This document shows positions 1 through 9,309 of a stretch of 62,909 nucleotides of DNA, one piece after another. How positions within the stretch are numbered: the stretch's first letter is position 1; each line of letters begins with the position of its first letter. The stretch spans positions 1 through 62,909 of the forward strand of contig SCQV01000205.1 in the NCBI GenBank assembly GCA_004299085.1, in the 5' to 3' direction. Source of the stretch: Chitinophagaceae bacterium. GTDB lineage: Bacteria; Bacteroidota; Bacteroidia; Chitinophagales; Chitinophagaceae. Both the position numbers and the translations under genes were made by a program. A model generated the notes under the pieces. The model was given only the letters and a program-made list of their open reading frames with translations, did not search any database and was not told where the DNA came from.

Positions 1-174
1 CTTACTGCACAGATCAGCATGCCGGAAGATGACCTGGTGCGGGAGACCGCCAAGTTATTCCAATACGGCCGGGTGGGCGGTAATGTAGAAACCGCTATGC
101 GCCGTGGAATACGGGAAGCTCTTCACCAAGGAAAGGTGAAGCAGGAAAACGGGAGGATAGTTCTTGGTCCATAG
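1..174 (+). CDS. 3' end of a gene entering from the left edge; the tail resembles the DUF3320 C-terminus of superfamily-I helicase-like (DUF4011/AAA_11/AAA_12) proteins
   Basis: Frame 1 is open from base 1 to TAG at 172-174 (...EDDLVRETAKLFQYGRVGGNVETAMRRGIREALHQGKVKQENGRIVLGP*). The family assignment is from memory of DUF3320 tails only. Confidence 0.35.
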   Translation, partial: LTAQISMPEDDLVRETAKLFQYGRVGGNVETAMRRGIREALHQGKVKQENGRIVLGP

Positions 175-358
175 CTCCTGTATTGCAAACTCATTACGGA
201 CGTTCCCTCCACCATTTACCATGAATTACGACAATTGGAGTGGATCAATCTTAGGAATAGCAATAATGGATGCTATTCGCTTTGAAAATTCGGCGTTGGA
301 AGCAGCCTTTGGATTTTGGTCGAGGCTGATTTGTCGCTGTGAACTTGATTTGCCAAAC

Positions 359-619
359 TCATTCATTTTTGTTTATTTCTTCGGCTCTTACGCCGTCATC
401 ACTGGCTATTAAACGCCACAACTTAACGTCAATATTTTCGTTTTGAAGTTTTCTTTGAAAAAATTTACCCTGAACAGAGTCATGTGTTCCCATTAGAATT
501 TGAAAATCCTGTTCAGTAATATAGTCTCTAAGAAGGTCGAACACACCAGAAGCATGAACGAGATCATGATGCTGAGTTGGGTCGTCCAGCAATAATGATT
601 TCCAAGGTGTCCATTTATA
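359..619 (-). pseudogene. C-terminal fragment of an ABC/AAA_21-type ATPase; the N-terminal majority is missing
   Basis: The frame is open from the IS boundary: YKWTPWKSLLLDDPTQHHDL...ILMGTHDS. This gives a Walker-B-like hhhhDDP plus a TH(D/S) switch. Only about 85 codons remain. In the same frame a TAA lies immediately beyond the IS (about 1840), so no N-terminal part is present there. Confidence 0.5.
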
Positions 620-642
620 GCACTAGTGTAATGAATATTTAA

Positions 643-1302
643 TTATGAAACATGATACTTTGATAATTTCTTATCGGTCTTTTGCCGTGTAAACGTCCAT
701 TCTATTTTACGTTCCTTTTCATTTCTGTCTTTAGACCAAGCTGTTACAGCAGTATTCAACTTCTCCTTACTTTCGATTCTGCCGCCAGTACACTGCCTAT
801 CCATTATATTGATTTCAATTTCAGCCATATTTAACCAACTGCCATGTTTGGGTGTATAAATGAAATTTATCTTTTTTAATAGCCTCTTTGCTTTTCTTAT
901 TCCAAAGGTTTCGATCAGCGATTCTCCAAAATGAGTATTTAAATTATCCACTACCAATTGAATACACTTCGCTTCAGAGAAATGATCTTCAACCAATTCT
1001 TCAATAAAGTTTGAAAAGTCCTCTTTTTTTCTTGTGTCAGTCACTTTTATGATTCTTTTTCCTGCCTTGGGGGCTACGGCCACAAATAGGTTACAGGTCC
1101 CGTTACGTTTATATTCATAATCGTATTTCTCAATCTTACCAGGCTTTGCCTTAATGGCCATCCGGTTATCTTCAAGCAACTGCTTACTTTTCTCATCTAT
1201 GCAAACTAACGGCTCCTCCGGATGATGAGCCAATTTATATAATTTCAAAAGCCGGTACATCTTTTTTCGGTACTCCCGGGTTATCTTCTGAATACACCAC
1301 AT
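643..1302 (-). CDS. IS630-family transposase, DDE catalytic part (orfB)
   Basis: D (CIDEKS), D (VVDNLNTH) and E (SWLNMAEIE) are present with typical IS630 DD(34)E spacing. The open frame extends upstream to give (N)ELKPWLRRMWCI, the canonical junction peptide of single-ORF IS630 transposases. Confidence 0.85.
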   Translation of the reverse strand: MWCIQKITREYRKKMYRLLKLYKLAHHPEEPLVCIDEKSKQLLEDNRMAIKAKPGKIEKYDYEYKRNGTCNLFVAVAPKAGKRIIKVTDTRKKEDFSNFIEELVEDHFSEAKCIQLVVDNLNTHFGESLIETFGIRKAKRLLKKINFIYTPKHGSWLNMAEIEINIMDRQCTGGRIESKEKLNTAVTAWSKDRNEKERKIEWTFTRQKTDKKLSKYHVS

Positions 1303-1318
1303 CCGCCTTAGCCAGGGT

Positions 1319-1741
1319 TTAAGTTCGTTTTTTTAACATCTTACGGACACTACCGTAAGTTATTGTTTCAAATCCCTCAAGCTTATGAAGCTCCTCTACC
1401 AACAATCTAATGGTCCATCTCCTTCTTCCCTCAGGCGTCGGCCCACAGGCCAAGGCTATCAATTCTGCTTCATGATCTGTAGTATATTTTTTGGGTTGAC
1501 CTGTTCTTTCATCATCTACCAATGCCTGCTCTAACCCCTCTTTCAGATATCTTTTCTTGATTCGCCAAATAGTAGTCCTATCTACTTCCAGTAAATTTTC
1601 TATCTCAGAGGTACTCAGGCCCTTATCCAGAAACATAAGTACAGTCGCCCGATTAAATTCTCTCAAGCTATGTCCGCCAGACTTCTTAAATTTCCTGAGA
1701 TAATTTTTATCTCTTTGAGTTAAACTTAATGCATTGCTCAT
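1319..1741 (-). CDS. IS630-family transposase, N-terminal HTH part (orfA)
   Basis: 140 aa with helix-turn-helix-like segments (REFNRATVLMFLDKGLSTSEIENLLEVDRTTIWRIKKRY). It ends ...MLKKRT* inside an A7 run. Confidence 0.85.
   Translation of the reverse strand: MSNALSLTQRDKNYLRKFKKSGGHSLREFNRATVLMFLDKGLSTSEIENLLEVDRTTIWRIKKRYLKEGLEQALVDDERTGQPKKYTTDHEAELIALACGPTPEGRRRWTIRLLVEELHKLEGFETITYGSVRKMLKKRT
1328..1334 (-). promoter_or_regulatory. A7 slippery run joining orfA and orfB (candidate programmed frameshift or transcriptional slippage site)
   Basis: The minus strand reads tta aaa aaa cga act taa. Reading aac gaa ctt aaa ccc tgg from the last A gives KKNELKPW. The shift needed is +1/-2, or loss of one A in the mRNA. 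Confidence 0.5.
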
Positions 1742-1911
1742 AAGTCACTATTTGTCCCACAAACTTAACAAATAATTCTAATGTTGCAAAATTAAATATT
1801 CACTACATTAGTTAAAAGGTAATCACCAATATAATTTATAAAACATTAAGCATATTATAAATGAATGAAAATTTCAGAAATCGCAAAGAATACTCGTGGC
1901 CTGTTCAAAAT

Positions 1912-2421
1912 CTACTGAATCTTGTGGATTGGTAGTGGATATTTCCCCCAGCTTTTAAACATGCTACTCATCATATAACAGGTTACTACCGCAATGAAGG
2001 TAAAAGGAAATACTACTATCACAGGGAAGAATATTCCAGTATGTAACAATAACGGATACATTGAAAGCGCAATGGCAGGTGGATGATAAATACGTAGGGC
2101 AGTTAACACAATTACCATAATAGTGGCAACAAGCGCGGCATACACAGGCCCATGTATCATAAGAGAAACAATGGTTCCAAAAACTGCGGCAAGAGTGGAT
2201 CCGACGATAACAGGAATGGGCTGGGCAATAGAAGATTTCGGCAATAGTATCAAAATAGTTAACGTGGCTGAAAACGGTGGCACCAGCCAAATAAATTTTG
2301 TTGTACCATCGAGGAGTGCAAGCAGCATGATGATGCAAGCAAACCATATTACTTTTGGCCAGAATATCTTCTCATTATATAACCAGTTATTCCATTGATA
2401 TTTCCTAAAGAAATGTTTCAT
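1912..2421 (-). CDS. HPP-family membrane protein
   Basis: 169 aa, polytopic and hydrophobic, with an RIYHPPA motif (the HPP signature). Confidence 0.75.
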   Translation of the reverse strand: MKHFFRKYQWNNWLYNEKIFWPKVIWFACIIMLLALLDGTTKFIWLVPPFSATLTILILLPKSSIAQPIPVIVGSTLAAVFGTIVSLMIHGPVYAALVATIMVIVLTALRIYHPPAIALSMYPLLLHTGIFFPVIVVFPFTFIAVVTCYMMSSMFKSWGKYPLPIHKIQ

Positions 2422-2603
2422 TGAATAAAGTTAAAAAAGATGATGATTATTGATGTCATAAGTCTTACTCATTAATTTTTCTTGGGCAAAGGTATCGCCG
2501 TAGGAGAAAATAGATATTATAAATACAGGACAATAATTTATAAAATCTTGATAAGATCGCCAAAAGGGAAATATCCCGTATCTTTAATTGATCAAATCCA
2601 ATT

Positions 2604-4217
2604 ATGAAAATATTAAAGGCAATTTCGGTAATAAGCGTTCCAGTTATAGTCAGCATGTATGCCTGTAACTCCGGCAATAACGCTTCCGCTAATCACACTA
2701 CAGATAGCAGCACCATTTTTGTTAATCCAAAAGAAATGAAATATATAGGAAGTGTAGATGGACGTTACCAATCGTATAATGTAGAAATGGTGGAAGTAGT
2801 CGGGGGCAAATTCTGGAAGCCTTATAAAATGATGGACAGCCTGCCTTCGGGAAAGGCAACCTCCACTTATGATATTTCTCAAAATAATAACCAGATGTAC
2901 AGGCAGCTTGCACCTGTTAACCTGGCGGATAAAAGGTTGATAACTCTTGCTAAAGGCCTTGCGCCTGCTTATGTCCGTGTGAGCGGTACCTGGGCCAATG
3001 CGATTTATTTTCAGGATAATGATAAACCAAAAATGAAAAAGGCACCTCCTGGATTTGTAAATGTATTGACGAGGAAGGAGTGGAAAGGAGTGATTGATTT
3101 TATAAAGGCTACAGATTCAAAACTGGTTACTTCGTTTACCGTATCCAATGGCGTTCGAAATGCACAAGGAGTATGGACGCCCAAAGAAGCACAAAAAATT
3201 GTGGACTATACTAAAAGTATAGGCGGATCAATTGCAGCAGCGGAACTATTTAATGAGCCAACCATGCCAACAGCCGGGGGGGCAATAAATAAAAATTATA
3301 ATGCAGGCAATTTTGCAAAAGATGAAGCAGCTTTCAAAAGCTGGGCAAGAAAGGAAGTGCCTGATATGTTGCTGCTTGGCCCGGGTTCTGTTGGAGAAGG
3401 TATTCCCAATGTAACCTTTGCGATGGGTGGAATGAAGATACTTTCAACTGATTCCATGATGTCGGCAGAACCCAAACCGGTGTTTGATGTATTCTCATAT
3501 CATTATTATGGAGCAGCTTCCATGCGCATGATGCAAAGCGGCCCCTTTTCAATAAAAGCAGCAAACGCACTGGATTCTAACTGGCTGCGCAAAACAGATA
3601 CCGTTGCTGATTATTATATAGGGCTGAGGGATAAATACAATCCAGGCAAACCAATATGGATTACAGAAACCGCCGAAGCGGCGGCAGGCGGAGACCTATT
3701 TAGCGCTACTTATTTGGATTGTTTCCGCTATTTGTACCAGTTAGGTTCATTGGCACAAAAAGGTGTGCAGGTAATTATGCATAATACGTTGGCAGCCAGT
3801 GAATACAGTCTTATTGACCAGGACACGCATTTACCCAAACCTGACTATTGGGCTGCCTTGTTATGGGCAAGACTCATGGGCACAAAAGTGTATGAAGCAG
3901 GAAGAGGAAAACCTGGAGTATATTTATTTGCACAAAGTATGAAAGGGCATGAAGGCGGCATCACACTTTTAGTTATTAATACTAATAAAACTACTGCCAA
4001 CGTCAACATTCCGGAAGACGCAGAACAATTCGCATTAACCTCCAATGAACTTCAGGGAAAAACAGTCATGTTAAATGGGCAGGAATTACAATTAGACGCC
4101 AATGATGAATTGCCGCAAACAAAAGGTAACGCTATAAAAGCCGGTAACATGGCGCTTCCACCAACAAGCATTAGTTTCATCACCTTTGTAAATGCAGACA
4201 ATACAAATTTAAAATAA
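2604..4217 (+). CDS. Glycoside hydrolase family 79 (heparanase / beta-glucuronidase-like) lipoprotein
   Basis: Lipobox VSMYAC. The acid/base motif ELFNEP and the nucleophile motif WITETAEAAAGG correspond to the NEP and GET..A.GG signatures of GH79. Confidence 0.7.
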   Translation: MKILKAISVISVPVIVSMYACNSGNNASANHTTDSSTIFVNPKEMKYIGSVDGRYQSYNVEMVEVVGGKFWKPYKMMDSLPSGKATSTYDISQNNNQMYRQLAPVNLADKRLITLAKGLAPAYVRVSGTWANAIYFQDNDKPKMKKAPPGFVNVLTRKEWKGVIDFIKATDSKLVTSFTVSNGVRNAQGVWTPKEAQKIVDYTKSIGGSIAAAELFNEPTMPTAGGAINKNYNAGNFAKDEAAFKSWARKEVPDMLLLGPGSVGEGIPNVTFAMGGMKILSTDSMMSAEPKPVFDVFSYHYYGAASMRMMQSGPFSIKAANALDSNWLRKTDTVADYYIGLRDKYNPGKPIWITETAEAAAGGDLFSATYLDCFRYLYQLGSLAQKGVQVIMHNTLAASEYSLIDQDTHLPKPDYWAALLWARLMGTKVYEAGRGKPGVYLFAQSMKGHEGGITLLVINTNKTTANVNIPEDAEQFALTSNELQGKTVMLNGQELQLDANDELPQTKGNAIKAGNMALPPTSISFITFVNADNTNLK

Positions 4218-4236
4218 CCATTAAAAAGTCAAAGTC

Positions 4237-4818
4237 ATGGAAACACAAACTTTAAAAATAGTAAAAAATTCCGTCGGCGGTTGGTACCTGCTATTGATAC
4301 TGGGTATTATTTTTATTATTGTGGGGATATGGGTTTGGGTTACACCGCTTGCTTCTTTCATCGCCTTATCCATGTTGTTTGCTATTGCCTTTCTGGTTAC
4401 GGGTATTCTTGAAATTATTTACGCCGTTAATAACACTAAAAGACAGGAAGGTTGGGGATGGTCGCTGGCAACTGGCATTTTTGATTTATTGATTGGAATA
4501 ATATTGGTATCCCGGCCGGATATTTCTATGGTGGCCCTGCCATTTTATGTAGGATTTGTCTTGTTTTTCAGGTCTATCCTGGCTATTAGCTGGTCCATAG
4601 AATTAAGCAAACTCAGAGCAAACAATTGGGGGTTGCTGCTTATATTAGGCATACTGGGTATCATTTTTTCTTTCATCCTGTTATGGAATCCTTTATTTGC
4701 GGGAATGACCATTGTGCTTTATACAGGTTTAGCATTTGTTATGGTGGGTCTTGCACAGATATTTCTTTCTTTTCGTTTAAAAAAAATAAAAAATACAATA
4801 AACGAAATAGCTGCATAA
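4237..4818 (+). CDS. HdeD/DUF308-family membrane protein
   Basis: 193 aa with repeated paired TM helices and GW-rich loops typical of DUF308 repeats. Confidence 0.7.
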   Translation: METQTLKIVKNSVGGWYLLLILGIIFIIVGIWVWVTPLASFIALSMLFAIAFLVTGILEIIYAVNNTKRQEGWGWSLATGIFDLLIGIILVSRPDISMVALPFYVGFVLFFRSILAISWSIELSKLRANNWGLLLILGILGIIFSFILLWNPLFAGMTIVLYTGLAFVMVGLAQIFLSFRLKKIKNTINEIAA

Positions 4819-4832
4819 AATAAAATATTCTT

Positions 4833-4855
4833 TAAGGATATATTACCCATCCTTA
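4833..4855 (+). terminator. Candidate intrinsic terminator after the HdeD-like gene
   Basis: A 7-bp stem taaggat/atcctta with a 9-nt loop, followed by the T-rich stretch ctgtcttattttt. Confidence 0.35.
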
Positions 4856-4960
4856 CTGTCTTATTTTTATCAGCACTTTATTTCCTTATTTGAACCATTG
4901 AGCCTTAGTTTTGATTACTTTTGAAAATGCTGACAAAAAATAGTAATTCAAGAAGCTGAA

Positions 4961-6415
4961 ATGATAAATTGGTTGCTGCTGGGTGAAATTTTTTATTTTA
5001 TCATTATTATTCTTGTTTGTCTGAAGATAGTATATGATACGGGAAGTTCAACTAAGGCCTCTGCCTACATTCTTTTGGTGTTGCTTGTGCCATTAATCGG
5101 TATTTTTATTTACTTTTCATTTGGCATCAATTACCGAAAAAGGAAAATGTATTCCAAATCACTTTTTTCTAAGGATTTGGAATCCCGTTTAATTGGTGAA
5201 TTAAAAGAATTGCAGGAAGCAATTTTAGTTTCCCATTCCAATACCCTATCGAAATATTCGGGATTAGTGAACTTAGTTTCCAGCCGGGACTTTTTTCCCG
5301 TTACGACTAATAATGAAGTACGGCTCCTCATTAACGGGGAAAATAAATTCCCCGTTGTTTTAGAAAAACTCGAACACGCCCGGCATCACATACATATTGA
5401 GTATTATATTTTTGAACCAGACGAAATAGGTAATCAAATTATTGATCTGTTGATTAAAAAGGCAAAACAGGGTATTAAAGTTCGTTTTATATACGATGAT
5501 TTTGGAAGCCAGCGCCTTCGCAAAAAGCAATTAAGAAAAATGCGCGAGGCGGGTGTTGAGGCTTTTCCTTTTTACAAGATAAAGTTAATTGCTTTAGCCA
5601 ACAGCATAAATTACCGGAATCACAGGAAAATAGTTGTTGTAGACGGGACTACAGGGTTTATTGGCGGTATCAATGTTTCGGACAAATACATAAACAACCC
5701 CGTCCAACCCGGCAAATTATTTTGGCGGGATACCCATTTGATGATTGAAGGACCGGCTTTCAACTCCCTCCAATACATCTTTATGGTGGATTGGAATTAT
5801 TGTTCGAAACAACAATTACAACCCGGGCAATCTTTTTTCCCTCAAACTGGAGGTAAGGTTCCCGGCGGTAAGCTGGTACAAATTGTTGCCAGCGGGCCTG
5901 ATTCGGATACACCATTAATTCAGCAATCCATTTGCAAAGCCATTAGCCTTGCAAAGAAAGAAGTTTTGATTACCAGCCCTTATTTTATTCCGGGTGAAAC
6001 AGTAAAGGATACGATTATAATAGCCGCCCAAAGCGGTATAGAAGTAAAGCTATTAGTACCGGGAATCTCTGATTCAGTCTTTGTAAATATGGCTAATCAT
6101 TCTCATTTCAGCCTCCTCCTGGAGGCGGGAGTGAATATTTATACTTATGAAAAAGGCTTTGTTCACGCCAAGACCATAGTGATTGACGAGGAGATAGCCA
6201 TGGTAGGGACCGCCAATATGGATTTACGGAGCTTTGATTTGAATTTTGAAGTAAATGCCATTGCTTATGATAATAACCTGGCCATGGAATTACGACGGGT
6301 ATTTTTCAATGATTTAAATGATGCCATAGAAATAGATGCAAAAAAATGGAGAAACCGGCCAAAATATCGTCAGTTGTTGGATAAAATAGTTCGCCTGGTA
6401 TCACCCTTGATGTAA
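4961..6415 (+). CDS. cls: Cardiolipin synthase (PLD superfamily)
   Basis: Two N-terminal TM helices and two HKD motifs (NHRKIVVVDG and VHAKTIVIDEEIAMVGTANMD). Confidence 0.9.
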   Translation: MINWLLLGEIFYFIIIILVCLKIVYDTGSSTKASAYILLVLLVPLIGIFIYFSFGINYRKRKMYSKSLFSKDLESRLIGELKELQEAILVSHSNTLSKYSGLVNLVSSRDFFPVTTNNEVRLLINGENKFPVVLEKLEHARHHIHIEYYIFEPDEIGNQIIDLLIKKAKQGIKVRFIYDDFGSQRLRKKQLRKMREAGVEAFPFYKIKLIALANSINYRNHRKIVVVDGTTGFIGGINVSDKYINNPVQPGKLFWRDTHLMIEGPAFNSLQYIFMVDWNYCSKQQLQPGQSFFPQTGGKVPGGKLVQIVASGPDSDTPLIQQSICKAISLAKKEVLITSPYFIPGETVKDTIIIAAQSGIEVKLLVPGISDSVFVNMANHSHFSLLLEAGVNIYTYEKGFVHAKTIVIDEEIAMVGTANMDLRSFDLNFEVNAIAYDNNLAMELRRVFFNDLNDAIEIDAKKWRNRPKYRQLLDKIVRLVSPLM

Positions 6416-6449
6416 CTATATAAAGTATAACGTTTTATTTGGTGGAATT

Positions 6450-6677
6450 TTGTTTTATCAAGAAAAGAAAGGATTAGGGCAAAAGCTATTGGGTTTTGCC
6501 GTAAAAGAATTAAATGCTGACAAGCTTGCCGTAAATGAACGAAACACAAAAGCCCTGAAATTCTATCAGAAGTTTGGTTTTGAAGTTTTTGAACAGGCTG
6601 AGAAGGATGACCAGGAAAGAAATTATCCATTACTGCGAATGAAATTAAAGGAGCTGTTTCAAGCTGACAACAAGTAG
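6450..6677 (+). pseudogene. N-terminally truncated GNAT acetyltransferase (motif A to C-terminus only)
   Basis: Only about 75 codons remain: YQEKKGLGQKLL (Q/R-x-x-G-x-G/A motif A) ... ALKFYQKFGFEV. The missing N-terminal half would overlap the cls 3' end. Confidence 0.5.
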
Positions 6678-6847
6678 GTAGACAAGCATTGCAGCACCAT
6701 AAAGATGATATAAAGATTGTGTTTTAAAACCAACGCATTGTACAGGCACGTTTATCCGGTTTATTTTATTTTCTTCACTTTGTTTAATGAAAAGCGATGA
6801 CCGAATTGTATAAATATGGGAATCAATATATCCCAACAATATATGCC

Positions 6848-7666
6848 TTATCCCAGTCGGTTCCTATATTCCGTTGGGGTAACTCCCAGCAACTTCTTCA
6901 CATACCGGGTAAAAAAAGAACGGCTGCTGAATTCCATTTCATCAGCAATTTCGGATATGTTGAGGCGCTTGTTTTGCAGCAGAATAATGATGCGTTCACG
7001 GGCATGGCGCTGTATCCATTCCGATGCGGTAACGCCTGAATGTATTTTGCAGAGATGGTTTAGATATTTTGATGTGATATGCAGTTGCTCGCTATAAAAT
7101 TGTACTTCCCGCTGCTGCAGGCAATGCTCGGACAAGAGTTGCATATACTGTTCATAAAGCGTTCCCGTTTGTACACTGTGTTTGCGCTTCTCGTAGTCAT
7201 TGGCAAAAAGGTTCCACATTTCCAAAATGAAGAGTTTCATTTGCAGCTTCAGAGCTTCTTCATAAAACCGGTGATTGGTTTCCAGGAAGCGCTCATTCAG
7301 CCATTTAAAATTGGTGAGTATTTTTTTCTTATCCCTTTTTGACTTAATTTCCTTTACAGGATGAATGCGCGAGTAAAGCATAGCACTGATACCCCAGCCT
7401 TGGTCGGGAACATTATCCGTCAAGAAGTCTTTTGCTACTAAAAGAACTGTGGCTTTAAAATTGGTTGAAAACTGTAATCCTGAAAGCCTGCTTTCAGCAA
7501 ACCAAAATAAAAATTGCCCTGCCTTACATTCCATCTTTTGGTCATTAAACAAAAAACGGATGCTTCCCCGATGGCAATACAGATGTGTATGATACTGCCT
7601 GTAGAAATTTTTAGGCAGGTCATTTTCTCTAGTTATTTCTAACATCATAATGGTTTGCTGAGGCAT
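6848..7666 (-). CDS. AraC-family transcriptional regulator
   Basis: Cupin-like N-terminus and a C-terminal double HTH (ISEIADEMEFSSRSFFTRYVKKLLGVTPTEYR). Confidence 0.85.
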   Translation of the reverse strand: MPQQTIMMLEITRENDLPKNFYRQYHTHLYCHRGSIRFLFNDQKMECKAGQFLFWFAESRLSGLQFSTNFKATVLLVAKDFLTDNVPDQGWGISAMLYSRIHPVKEIKSKRDKKKILTNFKWLNERFLETNHRFYEEALKLQMKLFILEMWNLFANDYEKRKHSVQTGTLYEQYMQLLSEHCLQQREVQFYSEQLHITSKYLNHLCKIHSGVTASEWIQRHARERIIILLQNKRLNISEIADEMEFSSRSFFTRYVKKLLGVTPTEYRNRLG

Positions 7667-7747
7667 GGGTTTTACAATTTTTATCTCATTTGCTAAAATA
7701 CGTAATATTTGACATTATTGGCGTACTAAGTGTAACAAACAGGAAGA

Positions 7748-8350
7748 ATGACGATTGTACCTTTGCATTATCAAAACGAAAAAATAATCATGAAAGAGAA
7801 AAGCATATTTGAAAGTTTGAAAGATGGGGAACCTGTTTTGGCAAGTCATCCTCAGGCAGCACAGTTGAGAGCATCCTCGTACAGGACAATCAAATTGCTT
7901 GGGCAGTTAAACAGTTCATCAGATCCGGATGAGATAAGAGATATTCTGGGCAAAATTACCGGCACTTTCATTGATGAAAGTGTGGCTGTATTTCCGCCTC
8001 TCTATATCAATAATGGTCAACATCTCAGTATTGGCAAAAATGTATTCATCAATTTCAATTGCACTTTTTTGGCGTTGGGCGGCATTACTATTGAAGACGA
8101 TGTATTGATTGCGCCTGGCGTGGAATTGCTTTCGGAAGGACATCCGCTACCTCCAGCAGAACGGCACACATTGGTACCGGGAAAAATTCACATTCGAAAA
8201 AACGCATGGATTGGTGCAGGTGCAATTATTCTGCCCGGTGTTACCATAGGGGAAAACGCCATTGTAGCATCAGGGGCCGTTGTTTCAAAAGATGTTCCTG
8301 ATAACACAATTGCAGGCGGAATACCGGCAAAAATTATTAAAACGATTTAG
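7748..8350 (+). CDS. Sugar O-acetyltransferase (maltose/galactoside acetyltransferase-like, left-handed beta-helix)
   Basis: Mac-type N-terminus plus hexapeptide repeats (IGKNVFIN..., IGAGAIILPGVTIGENAIVASGAVV). The likely true start is ATG 7790 (MKEKS). Confidence 0.8.
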   Translation: MTIVPLHYQNEKIIMKEKSIFESLKDGEPVLASHPQAAQLRASSYRTIKLLGQLNSSSDPDEIRDILGKITGTFIDESVAVFPPLYINNGQHLSIGKNVFINFNCTFLALGGITIEDDVLIAPGVELLSEGHPLPPAERHTLVPGKIHIRKNAWIGAGAIILPGVTIGENAIVASGAVVSKDVPDNTIAGGIPAKIIKTI

Positions 8351-8367
8351 ATAAAATTTCAAATAAA

Positions 8368-8757
8368 ATGCAATTACAAAACATACAGTTCTCAAAAGAA
8401 GAATTAAACGAAATAGACAAAGCTGATGACCTGAAGATTTCTCCTTTCCGCACTGATGGCGTTACTTATGGTACTCCAACCTGGATATGGAATGTAATAG
8501 TAGATGGTGATTTATATGTAAGAGCCTACAACGGTATTTATTCCCGTTGGTATCAGTCGGCACGGACACAAAAGGCCGGTCGGATTCATGCGGCGGGAAA
8601 GATAATAGAAGTATCATTTGAGCCTGTGGAAGGAGCGATTAATGACAAAATTGATACCGCCTACAAGAAAAAATACGATGGCAATCCTTACTTGTCGCCG
8701 ATGATTAACAAAAGAGCGAAAGCTGCAACTATAAAAATAATTCCGAAAAATAAATGA
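8368..8757 (+). CDS. DUF2255-family protein
   Basis: The pattern ISPFRTDGVTYGTPTWIWNVIVDGDLYVRAYNG...SRWY was recalled as DUF2255. Confidence 0.55.
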   Translation: MQLQNIQFSKEELNEIDKADDLKISPFRTDGVTYGTPTWIWNVIVDGDLYVRAYNGIYSRWYQSARTQKAGRIHAAGKIIEVSFEPVEGAINDKIDTAYKKKYDGNPYLSPMINKRAKAATIKIIPKNK

Positions 8758-9290
8758 TGTACCTTACAAGGAATAACTTAATCAAGACAATATTTTTCGC
8801 AGGAATCATAGGGATAACACTATTCTTATCAGCCTGCAACGAACCAAAAAATAACAATCAAAATCAAAATAAAATGGAAACAAAAGTCCCTAACATCAGC
8901 GATTTTCCAACAGGAGAGGAAAACTCAGCCTACGCACAATATTTTATTGGCAAGTCGTGGCTGGCTCCGCTTACCACCAACAAAGAACTGAATGTGCCGA
9001 TAAGCAATGTAACCTTTGAGCCGGGAAGCCGCAACAACTGGCACAGCCACACCGGAGGACAAATTCTTATTGCCGTCGGTGGTATAGGTTATTACCAGGA
9101 GCGTGGAAAAGCCGCCAGGCGTTTAGTACCCGGCGACATCGTTGAAATTGCCCCAAATGTGGAACATTGGCACGGAGCCGCACCTGATAGTTGGTTCTCT
9201 CATCTTGCCATTGCCTGCAATCCTCAAATCAACAAAAACACTTGGCTGGAACCTGTGAATAACGAGGAATATAACGAAGCAGTGCAGTAA
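8754..9290 (+). CDS. Cupin-domain lipoprotein
   Basis: Lipobox FLSAC. The cupin motifs are NNWHSHTGGQIL and VEHWHGA. It overlaps the upstream gene by 4 nt (ATGA). Confidence 0.7.
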   Translation: MMYLTRNNLIKTIFFAGIIGITLFLSACNEPKNNNQNQNKMETKVPNISDFPTGEENSAYAQYFIGKSWLAPLTTNKELNVPISNVTFEPGSRNNWHSHTGGQILIAVGGIGYYQERGKAARRLVPGDIVEIAPNVEHWHGAAPDSWFSHLAIACNPQINKNTWLEPVNNEEYNEAVQ

Positions 9291-9309
9291 ACCCACAAAA
9301 ACCAAAAAC

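Larger units (their letters stand above)
620..1814 (-). mobile_element. IS630-family insertion sequence, apparently intact
   Basis: Imperfect terminal inverted repeats at 622-644 (actagtgtaatgaatatttaatt) and 1790-1812 match 21/23 when reverse-complemented. TA lies directly outside the right IR (1813-1814). At the left a TA lies 2 nt outside (618-619), so the exact left terminus is uncertain. Two transposase ORFs lie inside. Confidence 0.85.

Noticed and set aside
164-412. 82-aa plus-strand ORF
   Set aside because: It spans the convergent 3' ends of the helicase-like tail and the ATPase fragment, and has no family resemblance or plausible start context.
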